A stretch of 20,000 bases of DNA from Saprolegnia diclina VS20 (Eukaryota): assembly GCF_000281045.1 (NCBI RefSeq), contig NW_008246102.1, positions 291,924-311,923 on the forward strand, in the 5' to 3' direction. The stretch's first letter is position 1, and every line of letters begins with the position of its first letter. The translations under genes and the position numbers were made by a program. Below the pieces are notes generated by a model. That model saw only the letters and a list, made by a program, of their open reading frames with translations. It ran no database searches and was not told where the DNA came from. Positions 9,601-20,000 of this stretch are shown here, piece by piece.

Positions 9601-12600
9601 CCGATAGCAGCGACAAGCGCTATCAGCGCGTCGTGCTCACGGTGCTGAACCCCAAGTGCGTGAGCTTGGGCGAGCTCTACGGAAGCTTTCACCCTGTCAC
9701 ACGCGAGTGGAAGGATGGACTCGCTTCGGCGCTTCTCCGTGGTATCATTGCCGACGCCGTGGTGCGTGAAAACGTTCTTTCGACAGGTTCTCACGGTTCG
9801 ATGCTAGGACGTCAAGACGGGTGTCGAGAAGGCGTCTTTACCGTGGCTCGTCTTTGACGGACCCATTGATGCGTCCTGGATCGAGAACCTCAACACCGTC
9901 CTCGACGACAACATGACGTTGTGCTTGGCCAGCGGCGAGCGCATCCGGCTTCTTCCTCACGTAGCTCCGACCCGCTGGTAGCAAGGACTCATATGGCGTA
10001 GATACGTCTGCTTTTTGAAGTGAGTGACCTCGCATCAGCGTCGCCCGCCAGTGTCTCGCGCCTCGGCGTCGTGTACTTTGCGCCCATGACGCTTGGGTGG
10101 CGGCCGTTTGTCGAGTCGTGGCTCAACGAGACGCTCGGGTCGGACGTCGACCCCAAGGACGTGTCGCACAAGCTCCGAAGTCGCGTGAGCAAGGCGCTCG
10201 AAGTTCTCTTTGAGGCGCTGACGTCGGTGCATCAACGCCAAGTGTTGCCCACGACGCTCCTGAGCTGCGTCGTCAACGCGTGTGAAATGATCTCGCTGCT
10301 CCTTGAGAAACAAAGCCGGTGGTTTTCCACAGCGACCGCCGAAAAGCAAGCCAAGTGCATGGATCTTCTCGTCGTCTTTGCCGTGCAGTGGGCATTCGGC
10401 GCCAACGTGCACGAAGACGACGCGACGGTCTTCAACGACCAGCTTCTCACCATCCTCAGCGAGCATCGGAGTCTGTTTCACAACAGCCTCCTTCATGTTC
10501 GTCGTCTCTCTTGTTTGTGACTCGATGCCGATCTGTCGTAGGTGGTTGGAAAGAGCAGCGGTGGGCCCATGAGCTGCAGTGGCACCGGCGCCTTGCGCAC
10601 GGCGGCCGTGCTCTCGGAGTTTTGCATCGACTTTGCGGACCTTGGGTGGAGCCACTGGGAGAACCACGTGCCGCCCTTCCAGTACGCTATGCACACGCCG
10701 ATTTTTAACCTGCTCGTGCCAACGGTCGACGTCACCAAGACGTCGTACCTCCTCTCGCTACTGGTTTGTGTGTAGTTGTCACGAAATTTTCATATTTGGT
10801 TAGGTTGGCGGCATGAGACCCATGTTGCTGGCAGGCGAGACGGGCGGAGGCAAGACAGTCATTGCGCACGCCGTCATCGACGCCCTCGCCCTACACGGCG
10901 ACGACGCAGGCATCGGTGTCATTCCTCTCTACATGCACTTTTCGGCGCAGACGTCGAGCGCTGTGACCCAAGCCACGATCGAAGCCAAACTTGTCAAGAA
11001 GCGCAAAACGCTGCTCGGCGCGCCCGTCGGTCACAAGATCGTGCTGTTTGTCGACGACATCAACCTTCCAGCGGCGGACGCGCACGGGTCGCAGCCGTGC
11101 CTCGAACTCCTTCGCCAGCTTCTGACGCACCACGGCGTCTATGACCGTGACAAGTACTTCTGGAAAGAGATTGCCGACACAGTGCTCGTCGCCGCTGGTG
11201 GCCCACCCGGTACGCTCCGCACGCTCGTACCGACCGACAAGTCGTTTTTGTCTAGGCGGCGGTCGCCAGGCCATGTCGCCACGGCTGCTGCGGCACTTTA
11301 CGATCGTGGCGCTGCCGGTGGGAAGCGACAATGCGATGCGAACGATCTTTCACGCGATTGTGCTGGGACACGCGACTTCTCTAGCGTTTCCGCCGCCAGT
11401 GCGAGACTCGGTGCTCCAGACCGTCGACGCGACGCTCAAACTCTACGCGGCCGTGACGGAGACGCTGCGGCCGACGCCAGCCAAGTGCCACTACGTCTTC
11501 AACCTGCGCGACGTGGCCAAGGTGTTTGCCGGCATCCTCCACACGCGGTCGACGTGGACGACCGAGAGTATTGTCAAGCTCTGGCTGCACGAAAGCATGC
11601 GGGTCTTCTACGACCGTCTCGTGAGCGCCGCCGACCGGCACTGGCTGACGACGACGCTCATTGCGCTTCTCAACAAGAGTTTCCGCGTCAATTGGAGCCA
11701 CGACCAAATCTTTGGGTCCGACGACGTGATTCCCGTGCTCTTTGGCTGCTACGGGTCCGGTACGATCAAGGGCTACGAAGAGATCACCGACATGGGCTCG
11801 CTCGAAGCGCTCTTGTCGTCGTACGTTGCGGATTACAACACGTTTCGGACGCCGACCTTGCAGCTCGTCTTCTTCCGCGATACGATTCTCCACGTCTCGT
11901 CCCTCGCGCGCGTCCTCCTCCAGCCGCGCGGCCACGCCATGCTCGTCGGTGTCGGCGGCTCTGGGAAGCGGTCGCTCGCGCGTCTCGCAGCCTCCATGAT
12001 GGACATGACATGTACCGAGATTGCTATGGGCCGTTCATACGGGCGCAGCGACTTTCGCGACGACCTCAAGAAGCTTTTGGTCGCGGCCGGCGCCAAAGGC
12101 AAGGAGACCGTTCTTCTCTTGCACGAGTCGCAGCTGCAGTGCGACGAGTTTGTCCAAGACGTCAACTCCCTTTTGAATGCTGGCGAAATTCCGCACTTGT
12201 TTACGCACGAAGAAGCCGAGGCGATCCAAGCCGACATGAAGTCGGCGGTCGCAGACGCCGGCCTTGAAGACACGAGAGCCAACGCCGAGAGCCTCTTTCT
12301 GCAGCGCGTCCGGGGCCTCCTGCACGTCGTCTTGTGTTTCTCGCCCGTCGGTCACGGGTTCCGCCTCCGGTGTCGGCAGTTTCCGTCGCTTCTCAACTGC
12401 ACAACCATCGACTGGTACGACGCGTGGCCGGCGTCTGCCCTCGTGGTTGTCGCTGAGAGCTATCTTGGCGACGTCGAGCTCGCGTCCGAGACGGCGCGGG
12501 CCGGCCTCGTCGCGATGTTTGCGCGCGTGCACGAGACGCTGCAGGAATCTGCCGCCAAGTTTCTCGCGATATGCCAGCGCCACGTGTACATCACACCCAA

Positions 12601-15600
12601 GGCGTACCTCGATACGATTCGCCTCTACCTGCGCATGCTGTCTGAGAAGCGGTGGCTGGCCAAAGAGGCCTACGACCGCCTCTCGGCCGGCGTCGTCAAG
12701 CTCGAAGACACAAACGAGCTCGTTGCGCGCCTCCAAGTCGAGCTTACCAACCTTCAGCCCATTCTTGCCGCCAAGGCGCTCGAAGCCGAGGCGCTTCTGA
12801 AGCAAGTGGCCATTGACCAGGCGGAGGCCGCCATCGTCGAGCAGCGGGTACGTTCTTCGTCCACGACAAGTTGACGCAACTGGGCGTCTAGGTGAGCCAC
12901 GACGAGTCGATAGTGAAAGCGCAGGCCGTGGACGTTGCCGAGTGCCAAGCCGACGCTCTGCGGGATCTCGAGATCGCGATGCCAGCGCTCAACGCTGCCG
13001 TTCAGGCGCTCGACTCGCTCGACAAGAAGGACATTACCGAAGTCAAGAGCTTCACCAAACCGCCGCAAGCAGTCCAGGTACGTATTTCCTTTGAGCGCCA
13101 GAGACTGGAGGAAAGTGCTAGGTCGTCATGGAGGCCGTGTGCATCATGCTGGGCGAGAAACCAGATTGGGACACGAGCAAGCGCGTGCTCTCCAAGCCGT
13201 CGTTCATGGCCGAGCTCAAGGAGTTTGACAAGGACAACATTCCGCCCAAGACGCTCCTCCGCATCAAAAAGTACATTGAGAACCCCGACTTTGCGGTCGA
13301 CGAGGTGAAGAAAGTGTCGCACGCCGCCATGTCGCTCTGCATGTGGATCCACGCCATGGACATGTACGCGCGCGTGAGCAAGGAAGTCGCGCCCAAGAAG
13401 GAGCGGCTCGCGGTCATGAACGCGACGCTGGCCGAAGCCAACGCCAAACTCAACGCCAAGCAGACCGAGCTTGCCCAGGTACACTCTCCTTATTATAAGC
13501 CTCGATCCCACAGAAGCACGATAGGTCATGGCCCGCGTCCATGGCCTCCAGGCGCAGTGCGACGGTGTCGTCGCCGAAAAGAGGCGCCTCGCAGACGAAG
13601 CGGAGCTCACACGCGCACGCCTCTCTCGGGCCGAGAAGCTCACGGTCGGGCTTGCTGACGAACTCGTGCGCTGGAAAGCGAGCCTCGAGGTACGATGTGA
13701 AATATGGAGCCGAGGTTCATTCCAGTGCGCAGGTCATGGCCGCCGACGAAGTGAATTTGGTTGGCGACGTCTTCTTGTCGGCAGCTTGCATTGCGTACTT
13801 GGGACCGTTCGACGGCACGTTTCGGCTCAGTCTTCAGCGTCTCTGGCACGACGCGATGGCTGGCGCGCAGCTTCCGACAAGTGCTTCAACGTCGCTCCTC
13901 GTAACGTGCTCGGACGCGTCGCAGCTGCGCGAGTGGCAGCTCAACGGTCTCCCCACGGATGCAACGTCGGGCGAGAATGCTGTCATGGTCTTCCGCGGCG
14001 AGCGCTGGCCGCTCTTGATCGACCCGCAGCAGCAGGCGCGCCAGTGGCTCTTCAAGACCGAGGGTGCGTTCGGTCTCCACGTCATCAAGCTGCACGACAA
14101 GAGTCTTCTGAGTGCCATCGAGGGCTGCGTTCGGGACGGAAATCCGCTTGTGCTGGACGACGTGGGCGAGACGTTGGACGCGGCGCTTGACCCACTGCTC
14201 TTGAAGGCGCTCACCAAACATGGAGGTATATCATGCCATCTCTAATGTTGCGCTCAGGCCCGTGCGTAGGCAAATACGTGCTGCGTGTGGGCGACCACGA
14301 CGTCGTGTACGACCGCAACTTCCGAGTCTACCTCTTGACCAAGCTGCCGAATCCGCACTTTTTACCCGACGTGTGCATCAAAGTGAACGTGATCAACTTC
14401 ACCGTGACCAAAGAAGGTAGACGACGATTTGGTTGGGAAGAGGTTGTAGCAGAGTACTACATTAGGGCTCCAGGACCAACTGCTGGGAGACGTTGTGCGC
14501 AAGGAGCAGCCCGAAATTGAAGCCAAGATGCACGCACTCCTCGCTTCGATTGCGACCGACCAAAAGCTCTTGAAAGCCATCGAGTCGAAGATTCTCAGCC
14601 TCCTCTCGACTTCGCAAGGCAACATCCTCGACGACCAGGTACTTACGCCTTGCCCACTTTGAAGCTAGCTGCGAGTAGGTTCTCATCACCACGCTCGCCG
14701 AGTCCAAGAAGACTGCGACCGTCGTCTCGGAGCGTCTTGCCGAGTCCGAAGTAACACGCGCCGCGATCGCCGACGTCCGCAACCAGTACCTTTCCGTCGC
14801 TGTCCGAGGCTCGTTGCTCTACTTTGTCTTGGCCGACCTGGCGACCATCGACCCCATGTACCAGTACTCGCTCGCGTACTTTAAGCGCCTCTTCAACCAA
14901 AGCATGCACGAATGTCCCAAAAGCTCGACGCAGGAGCTGCGCTTAGCGGCGCTCGTCGACGGGCAGACGCAAACTGTCTTTGTCGACGTATCAAGAGGAC
15001 TCTTTGGGGACCACAAGCTGCTCTTCTCGCTTCTCATGGCGCTGCGCATTCTCAGTGATGCTGGCCAGATCGCGCCATCGGAGCTTCCGCTGCTCTACCG
15101 CCCACAACCTGCCGTGTCCGCTACAGAGCCAACGCCGTTGCCGCTCAAGGCCTACGAAGCGCTGCTAGCACTGAGCAGCGCACTCCCGCTCTTTGCTGCG
15201 CTATCGGTGGGCACCTCGCAGCCAGGAGACGGTGCTAAAGCTTTGTCGTAGGACTCTGTTGCTGCGACATCGGCCGCGTGGCAATCGTGGCTCTCCAGCG
15301 ACGACCCGTATACGAGCACGCTACCCGAGGGCTTCGAGAGTCTTTTGTCTCCGTTCCTAAAGCTCGTTCTTTCGAGCGCTTTGCGACCAGAGAAAGGCGT
15401 GCAGAGCGTGCTGGGCTTCATATCTGCGACCTTGGGGTACGCTCGCTCGAGTCGGTACACGGTGTTGAGTGAGCTAGGGCCACGTTCACGGCCCAACAGG
15501 CTTTTGCCATGACGGACGTGTTTCCGGCGCTCGACAAGAACGTTCCGTGTGTCTTTATCTTGTCATCGGGCGCGGACCCGACAGCCATTTTGCACCGATT

Positions 15601-17433
15601 CGCGGCCGACCTTGGGCGCGACGACCGCTTGCACGTGGTGTCACTTGGGTAAGTGGGACTTGGATGCTATTCAGATGCAGCGATATGGGCGTAGGCAAGG
15701 CCAAGGACCGCTGGCGACAGCACTCATCCAACGATGCGCTGCGTCGGGGGACTGGGCGCTCCTCCAAAATTGCCACCTCGCCAAGTCGTGGATGCCGACG
15801 CTTGAGCAACTTCTGTTGCAGCTGCGCGCTGACGCAGGTGACGTCCACGATGACTTTCGACTCTTTATGACGTCGTTTCCGGCGCCGTACTTTCCGGTCG
15901 CGATCCTCCAGTCGTCGGTCAAAGTCACAAACGAACCGCCGCGAGGACTCAAGCCCAACCTTCGGCGGTCATTTGACACGCTCATCTCGGACGACCTGCT
16001 CCGCTCCATGTCGTCTGCGGAGCGTCACTTGGTCTTTGGTCTCGCCTTCTTCCACGCTGTCGTGCAAGAGCGGGCCAAGTTTGGGCCCATGGGCTGGAGC
16101 ATGCGCTACCAGTTCAACGACTCGGACTTGGAAACGTCGATCGCGCTTCTTCGGGCCCTCGTCAGCGCCGGAAAGAAAGCCCCCGAAGCGCTGCCGTGGG
16201 ATGCGCTTCAGTGCGTTACGGGCGACATCATCTATGGCGGCCGCATCACGGACGAGTTGGACCGGCGCTGTCTCCTTGCGACGCTTCGGAGGTTTCTCTG
16301 CGTCTCGACGTTCACACAGCCCTTCACGGACGACGCGCCACTGTATGCGACACCAACGGCCACGTCCGTCGCCGAGTTTCAGGCGTTTATCGAGAGCCTT
16401 CCGAGTCACGACCCTCCAGCGATCTTTGGTTTGCATCCAAACGCTACGGTCGTGTTTGAGACGCAAGCGACGCAAGCACTGCTGGGCATGGTCTTGCAGC
16501 TGCAAGCGCACGGGTTCTCCGAAGCCAGTGGCGCCAACTCGGACGACGACGACGCTACCGTACTAGCATTGGTGGCGCACGTGCAGGCGACGCTTCCGCC
16601 GCTTCTGGATGTGACCTCAGCAATCACAGGGCTCTTTGATGAGCACGACGGCCAACTCGACTCGCTCGCGACGGTTCTTGGTCAAGAAATCACCAAGTTC
16701 AACCGGCTGCTGCAATCGATCTCAAACTCCGTGTCGATGGTCCAACTCGCGGTGCGCGGCCTTGCAGCTCTCTCGGCGGCTTCGGACGCGACATACAAAA
16801 GTCTCCTTTTGCGACAGGTGCCCCATGAGTGGGCCCACGTCGGCTTTGCGTCGCTAAAGCCCGTGGGGGCGTACTTGGACGACCTCAGCAGTCGCGTGCG
16901 CTTCATGGCCAACTGGTTGCGACTCGGAAATCCGTCGACGTTTCCTTTGCCCGTCTTCTTCTTCCCCCAAGGCTTCCTTACCGGTGTGCTGCAGAACCAC
17001 GCTCGAAGGCATGCACTTCCGATCAACCTCCTCGAGTTTGCCTTTGCCGTCCTCCGCGACAACGACCAAGATGACACGATGACGGCCGACGGTGTCATTG
17101 TCACAGGTACGTCATTTCGAATCAAACCCAATCGAACGTGGACTAGGGTTGTATATGGAGGGCGGGCGGTGGGTGGATGGGCGCCTCACCGATGCAGCAC
17201 CGGGTGAGCACTACGCGGTGATGCCACGCATTCGATTTCTGCCGCAGCTGCCACCAACAGAAGTGCCACCAGGGTACGCGTGTCCGGTGTACAAGACCAC
17301 AGCTCGCCGGGGCACGCTCTCAACCACGGGTATTTCAACCAACTTTGTCGTGAGTGTGCTCCTGCCGTGCGAACTGGACCCGGGGCACTGGGTGCTGCAT
17401 GGCACGGCGCTTCTGTGCAACTTAGATACGTAA
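3683..17433 (+). CDS. DNAH6: Axonemal dynein heavy chain, single-headed inner-arm type (DNAH6-like), 30 exons, about 4158 aa
   Basis: Exons deduced: 3683-4653, 4699-5914, 5958-6143, 6187-6350, 6394-6576, 6621-6897, 6943-7300, 7347-7565, 7610-7948, 7995-8322, 8369-8559, 8600-8934, 8978-9399, 9446-9761, 9808-9960, 10002-10496, 10542-10763, 10804-11209, 11256-12847, 12892-13077, 13122-13478, 13525-13689, 13733-14225, 14270-14416, 14466-14638, 14679-15206, 15252-15436, 15478-15648, 15695-17106, 17147-17433 (12477 nt, 4159 codons including TAA). Motifs: linker WIYLESIF and [27 protein letters not shown]1 [70 protein letters not shown]2 [31 protein letters not shown]3 [19 protein letters not shown]4 GVGGSGKRS; stalk/[16 protein letters not shown]...VAPKK; AAA5 [15 protein letters not shown]6 [30 protein letters not shown]-terminal [24 protein letters not shown]. 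The short tail with PYDLRVV...YYTMS...[21 protein letters not shown] resembles DNAH6. Dynein identity is secure; the DNAH6 subtype is from recalled motifs (about 0.7). Confidence 0.95.
8544..8610 (+). other. Dynein AAA1 Walker A (GPAGTGKTE), split by a 40-nt intron (8560-8599)
   Basis: GGC CCG GCC GGC ACC G|gtaggg...tctaacgttttgcag|GC AAG ACC GAG. The intron carries a CTAAC branch-point-like motif. Confidence 0.9.
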
Positions 17434-18206
17434 CTAGATGATGGTACAAGGGCTTTCTTGCAAACCACAGCATGGATATCGTACCGCGTCTGTGGACGTA
17501 CAGAACTTCGACTTCGACGGATCAGACAACGAAGGCTCCACGAGCAGCTGGTCCGACGCAGTGTTCGGCACCGCCGCAACGCAGCAGGCTCTGCGCGGCG
17601 GTATAGTTTTGTAGAGACGATTGCCAAAGGTCGCGGTGGCATGTCCTTCGATTAGTGTATACTCGATCGATGGATCACATGACCATTTGAACCCCGATGG
17701 AAGAACGCCGGGTGTAGTAGCCACCCGCGACAGTACTCGGCGCCGTGGACTTCGATCCTCCCACGACCGGCTTCTTCTCAGGCCTGGTTTCTCGACCCAG
17801 TACCCGCATGTACCGGTATGTGGGCACGCCGCCGGGAACATCCTGCATACACACACAACCGACACCATTGTCGTATCTGGGATCGCACCCAATACCTCGT
17901 TGAAGTCCCGGCTAGAAAGTTTCGTGTCAAGGGAGCTAAAGACACGGCTGGTTGTCTTCGTGGTGTCCACTTCTGGCACCTGGCGCCACCACGTGGTGAT
18001 GCCTAACCTTCTCACAAAAGCACTCAAATAATGGGATACCAACAAGTTGTAGACCAGTAGGGGTGAACCAGGTTTTTCGTTGCCCGTAGTTGGTTCTGCG
18101 CGCATGGTCTCCGTCCGCCAAGACTAACTGGATGTAATCGTTCATGTTTGTGGGTTGTAGGATTAAATAACAGAGAAGTGTACATGGAAGCGACTAGAAA
18201 CTACGG

Positions 18207-18734
18207 CTAGATGGCAGCGGTCGGCTTCTTGCGGAACTCGCGCGTAATGCCGAGGGAGAAGCAGTCGCGCTGGACAAGCTGGTGCGGTGGAATGAATGCC
18301 TCCGTTCGTCGCGGTGTCAGTCGCGCGCCAGCGCCCGACTCGGTCGACGCCAGCTCAAGGCCAAACACGTCGTCGTCGGCCACGTCAAAGAGGAAATCGT
18401 CGTCGTCGTCGTCATCGTCTGTCGTCCAGCTCGGCGACGAGGCGGCAAAGTGCGATGGATGCTCCCACGAGAAGCCGCTGTCGCAGGACCCACTGCGGCT
18501 TTTGCTGTTGGTGGACGTCGGAATCATTATGGGAGCGCTCTTCTTGCGCTCGAGGGCCGATACGTCCGGTGCCCGACAGCTCGTCGACGAGCTTCGGCCG
18601 ACATGCAGCTTGCCAAGGTACTTTGTGCGCCACTCGGCAGACCCGCTGAGCGTGAACGCAGGGTCGTCGGCCATCGCCTTCATCGCACCGAGGTGCTTGT
18701 GCAGCGATCGCTTGGCTGGCGGATGCATCATCAT
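18207..18734 (-). CDS. Small Ser/Asp-rich protein resembling senescence regulator S40 / DUF584 family, single exon, 175 aa
   Basis: In ORF 18207..18947 the likely start is MMMHPPAK at 18734 (context ACCACC-ATG, just downstream of an INR/FPR motif). Contains KSAPIMIP, a poly-Asp tract and C-terminal FIPPHQLVQRDCFSLG, comparable in order to plant S40 motifs SAPV.IP / acidic run / PPHE...FSV. The gene is likely real; the family label is tentative. Confidence 0.7.
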   Translation of the reverse strand: MMMHPPAKRSLHKHLGAMKAMADDPAFTLSGSAEWRTKYLGKLHVGRSSSTSCRAPDVSALERKKSAPIMIPTSTNSKSRSGSCDSGFSWEHPSHFAASSPSWTTDDDDDDDDFLFDVADDDVFGLELASTESGAGARLTPRRTEAFIPPHQLVQRDCFSLGITREFRKKPTAAI

Positions 18735-18757
18735 GGTGGTGTTGTGCGTACGAAAGT

Positions 18758-18773
18758 GCAAATTGCAAACTAA
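18758..18773 (-). promoter_or_regulatory. Putative oomycete INR+FPR core promoter of the S40-like gene
   Basis: Minus strand TTAGTTTGCAATTTGC versus the oomycete consensus TCATTYYNCAWTTTNC (2 mismatches, FPR perfect), 24-39 nt upstream of ATG 18734. A CACGTG palindrome lies at 18779-18784. Confidence 0.55.
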
Positions 18774-20000
18774 GAAATCACGTGCGATGGGGCACTTCAA
18801 CGGCTTCGTGTCAGATGGCCAAATCATCCCACGCCACCTCGAAGTTCGCAGTGCTGGAGCAGATTCGGCAGCGTGACGAAGGTGGGTGGTCATGACGCTG
18901 CTACCGAGGTAGAGACACTGCCGCCTTGAGCAATCGAGCGATGCCATACGCTCCAGCCAGTTTCAGGAACAGGCGCGCCCGTTGCGGTCACTGGCGGCAG
19001 GATGGTCGCACGCTGCTGCTTCGTCCCAGGTGCCAATCGAGACGCCGTCGGAGGCCCAGGCAGGGCGACGGGGCGCCACTGACATCGCCACGCCATCCCA
19101 TTGGTCAGCTGGATGAAGCAAAAGTTGCAGCACCTGCTCCGTCACAGGTGGCAGGTGATATTGGTAAGCCCTTGCGGCGTCCGTGGACCATGCCAACGAC
19201 GCCTGGCGCCAGCAAAATGCATGGTCATGGGCCCAAGTTGGCGAAAAGACGCTGACGGAAGGGCGCGTGCCGTACTCTAGTTGAGCGCGTCATCGCCAGC
19301 TGCTGCCCCGTCCCTGGAGGGCTCCTGCGTCCAGCATGCGGGCGAAGATATTGCAAGCGTCCACGCGGTGGAGCGTCCACTTCTGGGACAAGCGCCTGTG
19401 AGAAGGGAAATGCAGCCACACGATAGGCCCAGTTACCTCGTGGTCTAAATGAACGGAGCCTCTTGCATGCACTGGTGAGGGCATAGATGCATGTGTGGAC
19501 GAATTGCTATTTCGAACTCTCAAGTATGTGGGCAGATTCACATGCTCCTCGTCCGTGGGACAGAGGCGCGCGACCAGCAATTGGCGCCAGAAACGTTGCA
19601 CCATCACCAGGGACCGAGATGATTCGAACTGGAGACGAATGGTCCGATTCCGAAGAGGTGGGCGTCATTGTGGGAAATACGGTTTTCTAGTCCCAGCACA
19701 ATCTGGATTGCTCCAAGTGTAGTACAGAGCCGTAATACGTTCTTGATTTGGCAACGCGAAAACCATATTTGGCATCTCCCGGTTCTACTACGACGAGTCG
19801 CGTTCATGGGTTGCCATGAGTTGTTGCCATGAAGATGCTTCTGGTCTGTCCAAGAGCCCGACGAAGTTTTCAGCTTCAATCAAGGCTGACCTCTGGGACC
19901 ATAATTGTTGCCCCATTTCTGCACACTTGTGTGCAATTCTACGGTGATACTAGTATGCAACAACTTCGTCAATGCTGCTTCAAAAGCTTATTTGTACACC

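Noticed and set aside
4025..16511. Numerous 100-480 aa antisense and alternate-frame ORFs inside the dynein gene (e.g. 4025-4939, 12035-12805, 3' part of 10813-12267)
   Set aside because: Expected by-products of GC-rich codon usage, with no independent domain signatures.
5915..17146. Apparent frameshifts and stops suggesting a dynein pseudogene or programmed frameshifting
   Set aside because: Every break is resolved by a 40-49 nt GT-AG intron that restores conserved dynein motifs, and the total spliced length is a multiple of 3.
18211..18876. 221-aa plus-strand ORF
   Set aside because: Antisense shadow of the S40-like gene.
18735..18947. Upstream extension of the 246-aa ORF (MASLDCSRR...)
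   Set aside because: It spans the INR/FPR motif and AT-rich promoter-like DNA. The start at 18734 is more plausible.
18880..20000. Short ORFs (60-110 aa) on both strands
   Set aside because: No recognisable domains and no convincing codon bias or splice model. Treated as intergenic, though a degenerate gene cannot be excluded.

Overview
Eukaryotic, GC-rich genomic DNA, most consistent with a flagellated oomycete. Saprolegniales is an inference from GC-rich codons, very short TAG-ended introns and oomycete-type INR/FPR promoter motifs. The window is dominated by one complete axonemal inner-arm dynein heavy chain gene (DNAH6-like, + strand, 3683-17433). I reconstructed it by hand as 30 exons and 29 GT-AG introns of 40-49 nt, giving a continuous frame of about 4158 aa. 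Divergently upstream is a two-exon minus-strand gene (2102->488, about 520 aa) that joins an unrecognised Cys/His-rich domain to a BTB domain resembling the plant NPH3/RPT2 (NRL) family. Downstream is a single-exon minus-strand gene (18734->18207, 175 aa) resembling plant senescence regulator S40/DUF584 proteins. A 53-nt nested inverted repeat ends 22 nt before the dynein start codon. No prokaryotic systems, RNA genes, CRISPR arrays or intact transposons were recognised. All family calls are motif recognition by eye, not database searches.
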